Shown piece after piece: positions 19,637 through 27,550 of a stretch of 64,000 nt of DNA (its first letter is position 1; each line of letters begins with the position of its first letter). The translations under genes and the position numbers were made by a program. This DNA comes from an uncultured archaeon (GTDB lineage: Archaea; Halobacteriota; Archaeoglobi; Archaeoglobales; Archaeoglobaceae). The notes beneath the pieces were generated by a model. That model saw nothing but the letters and a program-made list of their open reading frames with translations. It searched no databases and had not been told where the DNA came from. The stretch is from contig CAYZIW010000006.1 in assembly GCA_964478605.1 (NCBI GenBank), positions 1,002 through 65,001 of the forward strand, in the 5' to 3' direction.

Positions 19637-21267
19637 GAGCGGCAATACTTGATGGCTATGTTGATGAACCCTCCTGCTTGGGAGTTCCTCCTTACTTAGC
19701 CCCATATCCGAGATACGTATATGGAATGTTAAAATCCCTTAAAGTCCAGCCAGAATACTTAACAATAGACCAATTGAGGGAAGACCCAAGAATTAGAGGA
19801 AAGCTGAAAGATTACGACATCTTAATAATAATCGGCGGAATTGCCGTTCCTGGAAAATACATTGGAGGTAATCCACTAGAAAAGAAGGAAATTTTTTCGC
19901 TGAACTTGGCGAAAAACAACATCCTAGCTGGTCCACTTGTTGTTGAGCTTACGAAAAAAGAGCTCGAACTTCTTAAAGATGTAAACATCCAACCTCTAAA
20001 GTTTCCATTCGAAAAAGAACTTTTTGATCTTCTTTGTAGAATTTTGAATTGCAGAGCTAATTTCGATGTAGACAAGTTCTCATACTTGGGGGCTGAGGTT
20101 GTAAAGCAACATCCAGATTTTCCAAATCTAATATGCGAGATCGAAACATACAGAGGATGCTACTGGGGGAGATGTTCGTTTTGCATCGAAAGATTTCAAG
20201 GTTTTTGGATGAGAGATGCAGAGAACGTTGTAAAAGAGATCAGCCTTCTTTACGAAAACGGAGTAAGGTACTTCCGTCTGGGTAGGCAAACAGACTTCTA
20301 CACGTATTTAGCAGATTTTAGCAAGGAGGTGCCAAAACCGAATCCTGAGGCAATCAAAAACTTCCATAGAGCAATATGGGAAAAATGTCCTAAAATAAAA
20401 ACGCTCCATCTTGACAACGTAAACCCAAAGACAATTGCAGAGTATCCTGAAGAGGCGAAAGAGATTACAAAAACGATCGTTTTGTACCAAACACCAGGAA
20501 ACGTGGCTGCTATGGGTTTAGAGAGTGCAGATGAAAATGTGATTAAGAAGAACTCGCTTTGTGCAGATGTTGAAGAAGTGCTGAAGGCCATCGAACTCGT
20601 AAACCGATACGGTGCAGGTACAGGCTACAATGGCCTACCCTACTTTCTGCCTGGGATAAATTTTGTTATTGGGCTAAGGGGAGAATCGAAAGAGACTTTT
20701 GAAAAAAATATAGAATTTTTAAAATATTTAGTGGAAAAAAATCTACTCGTAAGAAGGATAAACTTAAGGCAAGTAAAGATATTTCCCAACACTCCGATGG
20801 AGAAAGTCGGCTATTCAATTTTGAAAAGACACAAAAACTACTTTAGATACTTCAAAAAAGTTGTTAGAGAAGAGATCGACCATGAAATGCTAAAGAAGGT
20901 CGTGCCAAAAAATAGAAAACTTACGGATTTAAGGGTTGAGATAAGTGGAGACATCAGCTACGCAAGACAGCTCGCTACTTACCCCTTACTCGTTGGTGTC
21001 ATAGGTAAACATGAAAAAGATTCGTTTATTGACGCTAGAGTTGTGGATTACGGTTACAGAAGTTTAACGGCTGTAAAAGTGCCTTTAGACCCAAACAAAG
21101 CAAGTTTTGAGGAACTTAAAGCTCTATTCGGAGAAAAAGCAAAAGAAATCCTGCTAAGTCGTCCATACAGAGATTTAGAGAGTATAAAAGAAATTGTCGG
21201 AAATGAAGCTGAGCTATTTTTTGAGTACTCAAGCGAATATGATTCAAATGTAAATAAAAAAAATTAG
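19633..21267 (+). CDS. Radical SAM protein with N-terminal extension
   Basis: 544 aa. Cluster motif GCYWGRCSFC (CX4CX2C as read, 20158-20184). Start overlaps the upstream stop by 4 nt. Confidence 0.65.
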   Translation: MRAAILDGYVDEPSCLGVPPYLAPYPRYVYGMLKSLKVQPEYLTIDQLREDPRIRGKLKDYDILIIIGGIAVPGKYIGGNPLEKKEIFSLNLAKNNILAGPLVVELTKKELELLKDVNIQPLKFPFEKELFDLLCRILNCRANFDVDKFSYLGAEVVKQHPDFPNLICEIETYRGCYWGRCSFCIERFQGFWMRDAENVVKEISLLYENGVRYFRLGRQTDFYTYLADFSKEVPKPNPEAIKNFHRAIWEKCPKIKTLHLDNVNPKTIAEYPEEAKEITKTIVLYQTPGNVAAMGLESADENVIKKNSLCADVEEVLKAIELVNRYGAGTGYNGLPYFLPGINFVIGLRGESKETFEKNIEFLKYLVEKNLLVRRINLRQVKIFPNTPMEKVGYSILKRHKNYFRYFKKVVREEIDHEMLKKVVPKNRKLTDLRVEISGDISYARQLATYPLLVGVIGKHEKDSFIDARVVDYGYRSLTAVKVPLDPNKASFEELKALFGEKAKEILLSRPYRDLESIKEIVGNEAELFFEYSSEYDSNVNKKN

Positions 21268-21307
21268 AAATGGAAAAAGATTTAAGGAGAAAGTCCGTGC
21301 AGATAAT

Positions 21308-22528
21308 ATGAACGTATTTGAGAAGTTTCTCGCTTCCTCTCCCATATTTAAAAATCGGGATGTACTGAGGCATAGTTATACTCCGGAGAACTTACCTCAT
21401 AGAGGAGAACAAATTGAGCAGTTAGCAATCCTTCTCTCCCCAGCTTTGAAGGGTGGATTACCGTCAAACATATTCATATACGGCAAAACCGGAACTGGAA
21501 AGACGGCTACCGTGAAATTTGTAACAAACCAGTTGATCGAATTTAGTAAAAAACTAAGTTCAAATGTTTCTGTGCACTACATAAACTGTGAAATTATAGA
21601 TACTGCTTATAGAGTTCTTGCAAGCATAGCTAAGGGCTTGGGTAAGAACATCCCAATGACCGGCTGGCCTACAGATCAAGTTTATGAAGAAGTCTGCAAG
21701 ACAATAGATGAGTCCAACACAAAACTTATAATAGTGCTTGATGAAATAGACAAACTGGCCAAAAAAGCTGAAGAAGCTTTATACAGTCTGACAAGGATTA
21801 ATTCAGATTTAAAGAAAGCGAAAGTTAGCCTGATAGGCATTACAAATAACTTGAAGTTCAAAAGTTTTTTGGATGCCAGAGTTATAAGTGCTTTAAGTGA
21901 AGAAGAGCTAGTTTTTCCTCCATACAACGCTGAACAACTTGAAGATATCCTAAGACAAAGAGCTGAACTTGCGTTCAACAAAGGTGTGATTGAAGATGGG
22001 GTGATTGAGCTCTGTGCAGCTATAGCTGCACAGGAACATGGAGATGCCAGAAAAGCACTGGATCTTCTAAGAGTGAGTGCAGAGATCGCAGAAAGGGAAG
22101 GAGCAAGTAAGGTTAAAGTAGACCACGTTAAGATGGCAATTAAAAAAATTGAGGCAGATTACGTGGCAGAAACTGTCAAAACTCTTCCAATACACACAAA
22201 AATTCTACTTTACGGAATGATACTGTTATCAGAAAACCAGGATAAATTCACAACTGGAGAAATATACCTGATCTACAGAAAACTCTGTAGTAAAATAAGC
22301 ATAACTCCGCTAACGCAAAGAAGGATAAGCGACCTCATTTCTGAACTCGACATGCTGGGAATCGTGAACTCCGTAGTAATCTCTAAAGGTAGATACGGAA
22401 GAACGAGAGAGGTAAATATTGAAGCCGATTTGAGTTCGATAAAAACGGTTTTAGATGAGGACTACCGACTTAAGGAACTTAAGAACTACGAAAACGAACT
22501 CAAAAGACTTGTTAAACTTTTGGTTTAG
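21308..22528 (+). CDS. cdc6: Orc1/Cdc6 replication initiator
   Basis: 406 aa. Walker A IYGKTGTGKT, Walker B VLDEID, and a C-terminal winged helix. Confidence 0.9.
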   Translation: MNVFEKFLASSPIFKNRDVLRHSYTPENLPHRGEQIEQLAILLSPALKGGLPSNIFIYGKTGTGKTATVKFVTNQLIEFSKKLSSNVSVHYINCEIIDTAYRVLASIAKGLGKNIPMTGWPTDQVYEEVCKTIDESNTKLIIVLDEIDKLAKKAEEALYSLTRINSDLKKAKVSLIGITNNLKFKSFLDARVISALSEEELVFPPYNAEQLEDILRQRAELAFNKGVIEDGVIELCAAIAAQEHGDARKALDLLRVSAEIAEREGASKVKVDHVKMAIKKIEADYVAETVKTLPIHTKILLYGMILLSENQDKFTTGEIYLIYRKLCSKISITPLTQRRISDLISELDMLGIVNSVVISKGRYGRTREVNIEADLSSIKTVLDEDYRLKELKNYENELKRLVKLLV

Positions 22529-23423
22529 GAGATTTCTATTAAAAAGGTTGAGTTGTCAAAATTTTCGACTGATATATTTCCCCTATAACTTTCCACAAGC
22601 TTTTTTTACTATGTAAAGTCCCAATTCCTCTCCACCGGTTGTTGTACTCTTTTCGAACAGCCTTTCCCTAACTTCTTCTGGAATTCCCAAACCGTCATCT
22701 TTCAAGTGGATAATTTCGTCTTTTTCCTCGACGGATATTTCGACCTTTCTAGCCTTACCATGCTTGACGGAGTTACTAATCAGGTTATCAAAATACTATA
22801 AACTCCATCGTTCGCTAAGATTTTAGCATCTCCCTTCACAACAACTTCAACGTCGTGACTTTTGGCAACCTTTTCTATGATCTCTTATAAGCTTTATAAT
22901 CTTATGTTTTCTTCCATAACTCTATATTCAACTGCCTCCCTAATTTTTTCATAGCCTTCTCCCCATCTTCATCTGCTATTTCAAGGTAAGAATATCAACA
23001 TGCTGTTCAGGAAAATTAAATAATCTTCTAGCGATTCTATTCTACTCTGCAATTCTATCCTATCAGAAACATCCGTGTAGGCTATTACACAGTACTTTTC
23101 ACCGTCTAGCTCTAAATACACTTCGTTCTAGCTTCAATCCATACGTAACCTTTATTGGACCTTAACCTCACAAGCAAAGGCGGATCGGGATTTTTAATTT
23201 TTTGAACAAAATCTTTACGATCCAATCGACGATTTTGTTAACGTCTTCAGGATGGTAGTAAATTAGGAGATTGGTAGGATCTTTCATGAGTTCCTCGACG
23301 AAAGATGAATCAAAACCTGACCACTCTACAATAACTTTGTTTAAGTATACGATCCTACCCCTCTGAATTTATTACTACAACCGCTGCTGGAAGCGCATCA
23401 ACGATGGTCTTCCAGTCTATCAT
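22525..23423 (-). pseudogene. Decayed PAS-domain sensor histidine kinase
   Basis: No ORF of 60 aa or more in any frame across about 900 bp. Manual minus-strand translation recovers MIDWKTIVDALPAAVVVINSEG*, (G)RIVYLNKVIVEWSGF...YYHPED, RLRSNKGYVWIEA, LELDGEKYCVIAYTDVSDRIELQ, the N-box DNLISNSVKHG, and DDGLGIPEEVRERLFEK...GLYIVKK. These pieces are spread over all three frames and include in-frame TAA stops. Confidence 0.8.
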
Positions 23424-23477
23424 CGGCCTAGCCTAAAAAAACCGGATATAAGCATTTCTAAATTTAAAAATTGACGG

Positions 23478-24155
23478 TCATTGTATCTTGAACTCTTTAT
23501 CATGAACCCACACTTCAAATTCATCGAAAACTTCCTTTTTCCAGATTGGAAGTTCCGATTTCATACTCTCAACAGCCTCTATTAATGCACCCCAGAGATC
23601 ATCTCTATGCTTGCCCATCACAGCTATGTATACTATGTCTTCCTTAGCTTCAAGTACACCAGTTTTGTGGTAGATTTTTACCTTTACACCAAACTTCTGC
23701 CAAATTTTATCTTCGATATCCCTTATAGCTCTTTCAAGCACCTCTTCATAAGCCTCGTACTCCATCTTTTTCACAAATTTACCTTCAGAAACTTTTCTAA
23801 CGAATCCTACGAAAATTCCGATAGCTCCGCAATAATCTGAGAACCCATCATTTTTTAGCTTGTTGATTATCGATTTCAAACTCTCTAAATTCTTTGCCTT
23901 TTCTAGATCTTCTATTTTTTTGACCTTTTTAGTCTCTATTCCAATCTCAGCACCATCGAAGCCTATTAAAGCGGCATATTTAAATCCGAGATCGCATAGA
24001 AATTCAAGAAAGTTTTTTAGTTCAAACAAGGGAATTCGAATCCTCAAATTGTCTGAAATTATCTCACACTCTCCATCATCCTTCCAAATCTCGACAAATT
24101 TTCCATCGAGCTTAGATTTTAGTTCCTTCCAGTTCTCCGGTATGAAGATCTTCAT
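23478..24155 (-). CDS. MoaE-domain protein with an N-terminal extension of about 100 aa
   Basis: The C-terminal half carries MoaE-like blocks GAIGIFVGFVR, MEYEAY, VMGKHRDD and LPIWKKE. The N-terminal domain is unassigned. Confidence 0.6.
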   Translation of the reverse strand: MKIFIPENWKELKSKLDGKFVEIWKDDGECEIISDNLRIRIPLFELKNFLEFLCDLGFKYAALIGFDGAEIGIETKKVKKIEDLEKAKNLESLKSIINKLKNDGFSDYCGAIGIFVGFVRKVSEGKFVKKMEYEAYEEVLERAIRDIEDKIWQKFGVKVKIYHKTGVLEAKEDIVYIAVMGKHRDDLWGALIEAVESMKSELPIWKKEVFDEFEVWVHDKEFKIQ

Positions 24156-24679
24156 TCAATGCACCCCTTCTCTTTTAGAAAATCAATACCACATACTCTG
24201 TTTGTAGTATGGAGACGTATATCAACTCTTTTTCCGTCAACGATTAACTCAACAAAACTACCAATAGATAAACGCGGGAAAGTCGGGCTTCCAGGAGATA
24301 GCAATTTTATTCCCTTCGCATTGTTCAGCACAAATCTGTGAACATGACCAAATATCATAAAATCCACCCCAAGCTCCATGGCTTTGTATCCAACATCGTG
24401 AAACTCATTCGTAAAATTTCCTTTATGTATAAGGCCAAATTTTAAGTTTTCTAGGTTGAAGATCCTCTCTTCGGGCAACTCTTCCCTGATCTTAACTTCA
24501 TCGGAATCTCCTGCAACTGCTATCAGCTCATATTCAGCGAACTTTTTATAAACTTCGTAACTTTCGAAATCTCCAGTATGTATCACTAAATCTGCGCTCT
24601 CGAGCATTTGAAGCAATTTTTCTGGAATTAAAAACTTTTCAAGATGGGTGTCTCCAAGCACTAAAGCTCTTATCATCAA
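24152..24679 (-). CDS. Metallophosphoesterase (YfcE/MJ0936-like)
   Basis: 175 aa. Contains LGDTH, GDFES and FGHVHR. Overlaps the downstream gene by 4 nt. Confidence 0.8.
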   Translation of the reverse strand: MMIRALVLGDTHLEKFLIPEKLLQMLESADLVIHTGDFESYEVYKKFAEYELIAVAGDSDEVKIREELPEERIFNLENLKFGLIHKGNFTNEFHDVGYKAMELGVDFMIFGHVHRFVLNNAKGIKLLSPGSPTFPRLSIGSFVELIVDGKRVDIRLHTTNRVCGIDFLKEKGCIE

Positions 24680-24728
24680 ATTTTTTTTTCAGAAAGGCTT
24701 AAAAAATTATTCCCCAATACTTAGCTCA

Positions 24729-25370
24729 ATGCTAAATCTAAGTCACTTAACTAGCTACCTTACATGCCCAAGGCTCAGCTATTATAGAATCAGAAACAAA
24801 GAAGACTCTTTCACAGAGCTACAAGCTGTAAGAGAGGCATACATAAGTCTTAGAAGAGGTTTCGACCTTAATTGGGCTGAAAAAAGAATTAAAATTTTAC
24901 ACAACTTTGATGCAGAGGTCTTCAAGAAGGCCGTTGATAAGATGATATTCAACAAGAGAGCCCTCGATGAGTTGAGGGCAATAGACTGGGATGTCTCAGT
25001 TAGATCAGAAAAGTTTGGAATTTCGTTCACCATTGATGAACTCGTAGAGAAGGATGCCATTGCTCCACTTTACGTAGCTTTAAAAGCTCCAGAGAGGGAT
25101 GTGTGGTTTAAGGATGCTATTAAAATTGCTGCTGCATGTATCTGCTGCAACTACAGTTTCGGATTTGTTTACTACGCATACTCTGGAGAATTGAGAATCT
25201 GCACGGTTAACTTTGGTTTGAAAAGATCTTTTTTAAAGCTACTCGAGAGGGTTAAAATGTTAGAAAACGGATTTCTTCCGGAAAAGAAAGAGGGAGAATA
25301 CTGCAAAATTTGCAAATACAAAGAGATCTGCAGCTCTCAGCCTGAAACTTTTGCATCAAAATTTTTATAA
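24729..25370 (+). CDS. Cas4/RecB-like PD-(D/E)XK nuclease with a 4-Cys cluster (orphan)
   Basis: N-terminal Cys in YLTCPRLSYY plus C-terminal CKICKYKEIC, the DUF83/Cas4 arrangement. Start taken at the ATG at 24729. Confidence 0.65.
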   Translation: MLNLSHLTSYLTCPRLSYYRIRNKEDSFTELQAVREAYISLRRGFDLNWAEKRIKILHNFDAEVFKKAVDKMIFNKRALDELRAIDWDVSVRSEKFGISFTIDELVEKDAIAPLYVALKAPERDVWFKDAIKIAAACICCNYSFGFVYYAYSGELRICTVNFGLKRSFLKLLERVKMLENGFLPEKKEGEYCKICKYKEICSSQPETFASKFL

Positions 25371-25658
25371 TTATTTTACAAAAAATCTTGCGGGTTCAAT
25401 CCATTCACTTCTGCACTTGGGACATTTGCTCGCTTTTATACTCTCAAATTCAAAACCGCATTTTTTACATCTTGGAGGTTGCATCATCAGGGTTTTTCCC
25501 TTATGTTTCAGAACCTTAGCAGCTTTTTTGAGCATCTCGTATATTTCCTTCTCCTTGTTGCTTTCAATTCCGAGGGCATCACATATTTCTCTTGCGTTCA
25601 TTGGTCGCTTCTCCAGTAGAGATATTATCTGCGAAAGCATTGAAGCAGTTGGGATCAA
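25371..25658 (-). CDS. Small HTH plus zinc-ribbon transcriptional regulator
   Basis: 95 aa. N-terminal winged-helix-like segment, and C-terminal CKKCGFEF...CPKC. Confidence 0.6.
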   Translation of the reverse strand: MIPTASMLSQIISLLEKRPMNAREICDALGIESNKEKEIYEMLKKAAKVLKHKGKTLMMQPPRCKKCGFEFESIKASKCPKCRSEWIEPARFFVK

Positions 25659-25728
25659 AGTTTAAAAATTTTTAATTCAGTTATATAATTAAAGTAAATT
25701 ATATAATAAACGTTACAAAATTGCAGAG

Positions 25729-26613
25729 TTAGGACCTCAAATGTATACAATCACCAACAAGAACGGTTTTTCCAGAAACTAAGAGTGCTCCATTCTCGTC
25801 CACATCTTCAGCTATTCCTTCCAAGATCCCTGAAGGAGTATAGATCCTCACTTTCCTGCCTAAAGTTGTGCACAGTTTTCTGTATTCTTCTAAGATCTCT
25901 TTCCAACTTTTCAATTTTAAATTTTTGAATTCTCTAGCTATCCTTACGAAAACCTCGTTTACACTGCAAATTCCGTAATCACAAAGGCTTGCTGCGTTTT
26001 CGTATTTGTTCCTAACATTTACACCTATCCCAACTATGACTACGGGTTCCTCAAAACTACCGGAAAGTTCACAAAGTATTCCACAGATCTTTTTATCTTC
26101 CAAAAGAACATCGTTCGGCCACTTTAATTTTCCACCTATCGCCTTAGCTACAGCGACTCCAGAGATTATCGTGAATCTCTGGACCTCCTGTAAAGCTGAA
26201 GACGGGAAAGTTATACTGAAATAAAGTCCTCCAGGTTCACTCTTCCACTCCCTGCCCATTCTACCTCTCCCAGCTGTTTGCTGCTCGGCAAAAAACAGAG
26301 CAGAACTTTTACCATGTATCCTCGCTCTCTCATTTGTAGAATCGACGCTCTTGTAGTAGAAAACTTCGGAAACTTCCAAGTTTTCAAAACTTGCTTTGGC
26401 TATTGCATACGGATTTGGATCCTTTTCAGAGATAATACAGTATCCAATTCCGGGTTTTGAGGATATTTCAAGATAGTCTCTCATTTTATCTATCTGCTTC
26501 CATACAGCGGTTCTACTGATACCCAATTTCCTTGCAATCTCTTCTCCGCTGGCGTATCCTTCAAGTAGTTCCAGATAAATTAAATAGTCGATCGACCTTT
26601 TAGTCAACTTCAT
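25729..26613 (-). CDS. birA: Biotin--protein ligase with N-terminal HTH (BirA type)
   Basis: 294 aa. HTH segment SGEEIARKLGISRTAVWKQI, and BPL motifs GRGRMGREW and KWPNDV. Confidence 0.85.
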   Translation of the reverse strand: MKLTKRSIDYLIYLELLEGYASGEEIARKLGISRTAVWKQIDKMRDYLEISSKPGIGYCIISEKDPNPYAIAKASFENLEVSEVFYYKSVDSTNERARIHGKSSALFFAEQQTAGRGRMGREWKSEPGGLYFSITFPSSALQEVQRFTIISGVAVAKAIGGKLKWPNDVLLEDKKICGILCELSGSFEEPVVIVGIGVNVRNKYENAASLCDYGICSVNEVFVRIAREFKNLKLKSWKEILEEYRKLCTTLGRKVRIYTPSGILEGIAEDVDENGALLVSGKTVLVGDCIHLRS

Positions 26614-27550
26614 CGAAATGACTCGGATCTATTTTTATTTCGTCCTCAACAACTGTGTATCCAAGCCTCTCTTTGATCACTATATACGCCATCTCTGGAG
26701 TTATTACACCAATCTCAGTAATTATAACATCGATGTAACTTCTTGGTGTAACGTCAAATGCTGGATTCCTAACCTTAACCCCCAAATCCAGTAGATCTTT
26801 TGGAGCCACTTCTTCTGCATTTCTTTCTTCGATCTCTACCAGTTCACCGTACAAGGTCTTAGGACTGAACTTGTAAGTTTCCGCTGCAACCATAAACGGT
26901 TTTCTGGACTCTTTAGCAATCAAAGCAATCTGAGATGTTCCAATTTTGTTTATAAGTGCTCCATTCGCCGTTATCGTGTCAGCTCCAACTAAAACGCAAT
27001 CAACATCATTCATAAAATATCTAACGGCAGAATCCACTATCAAAGTAACCTCAATTCCAAGCTCTCTCAACTGCTTTGCAGTCAACCTTCCTTGCCACCT
27101 TGGACGGGATTCAGTAGCTATCACTTCTATCTTTTTTCCTTTCTCATACGCTTTCTTCAATATCGATACAACTGATGAGGAGTTGCAGTGTGTCATTACA
27201 ACGGATCCATCTCTTATTCTCCTCTCTCCTATTTCCCCTATTATTCTCTGAGCATTCTCAACCCAAGATATAAATTCTTCAGCCTTTCTTATCGCATCCT
27301 GTCTCTTCTCCTCAACACTTTTTCCATTGTACCGCATTATGTAGCTTAGTGCGTTGTAAAGACTGACTGCAGTTGGGCGAGTGTTCAACAAAATTTTTGC
27401 CGCTTCCCTCATTTCATGATCGAAATTTTCGTCACTTGCTGTTTTAGCAAAATTTTTCAAAGTTAAGGCTGCAAACTTCGCTATCCTTGCAGCTCCCCTT
27501 ACTTCCATATTTTTTATCTTTTCAGCAGCCTCTAAAATGCTCCTCATCAC
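26600..27550 (-). CDS. eIF-2B alpha/beta/delta family protein, ribose-1,5-bisphosphate isomerase-like
   Basis: 316 aa. Contains ATESRPRWQG, GADTITANGALINKIGTSQIAL and AAETYKF. Confidence 0.75.
   Translation of the reverse strand: MMRSILEAAEKIKNMEVRGAARIAKFAALTLKNFAKTASDENFDHEMREAAKILLNTRPTAVSLYNALSYIMRYNGKSVEEKRQDAIRKAEEFISWVENAQRIIGEIGERRIRDGSVVMTHCNSSSVVSILKKAYEKGKKIEVIATESRPRWQGRLTAKQLRELGIEVTLIVDSAVRYFMNDVDCVLVGADTITANGALINKIGTSQIALIAKESRKPFMVAAETYKFSPKTLYGELVEIEERNAEEVAPKDLLDLGVKVRNPAFDVTPRSYIDVIITEIGVITPEMAYIVIKERLGYTVVEDEIKIDPSHFDEVD

Noticed and set aside
22529-23477. Replication origin (oriC) in the ORF-free region next to orc1/cdc6
   Set aside because: The region decodes as a frameshifted PAS histidine kinase across essentially its whole length. 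I found no repeated ORB or mini-ORB-like boxes flanking an AT-rich unwinding element. The gap upstream of cdc6 is only about 40 bp.
24729-25370. CRISPR-Cas locus, suggested by a Cas4-like gene
   Set aside because: No direct-repeat/spacer array and no cas1, cas2 or effector genes are visible anywhere in the window. It is treated as an orphan PD-(D/E)XK nuclease.
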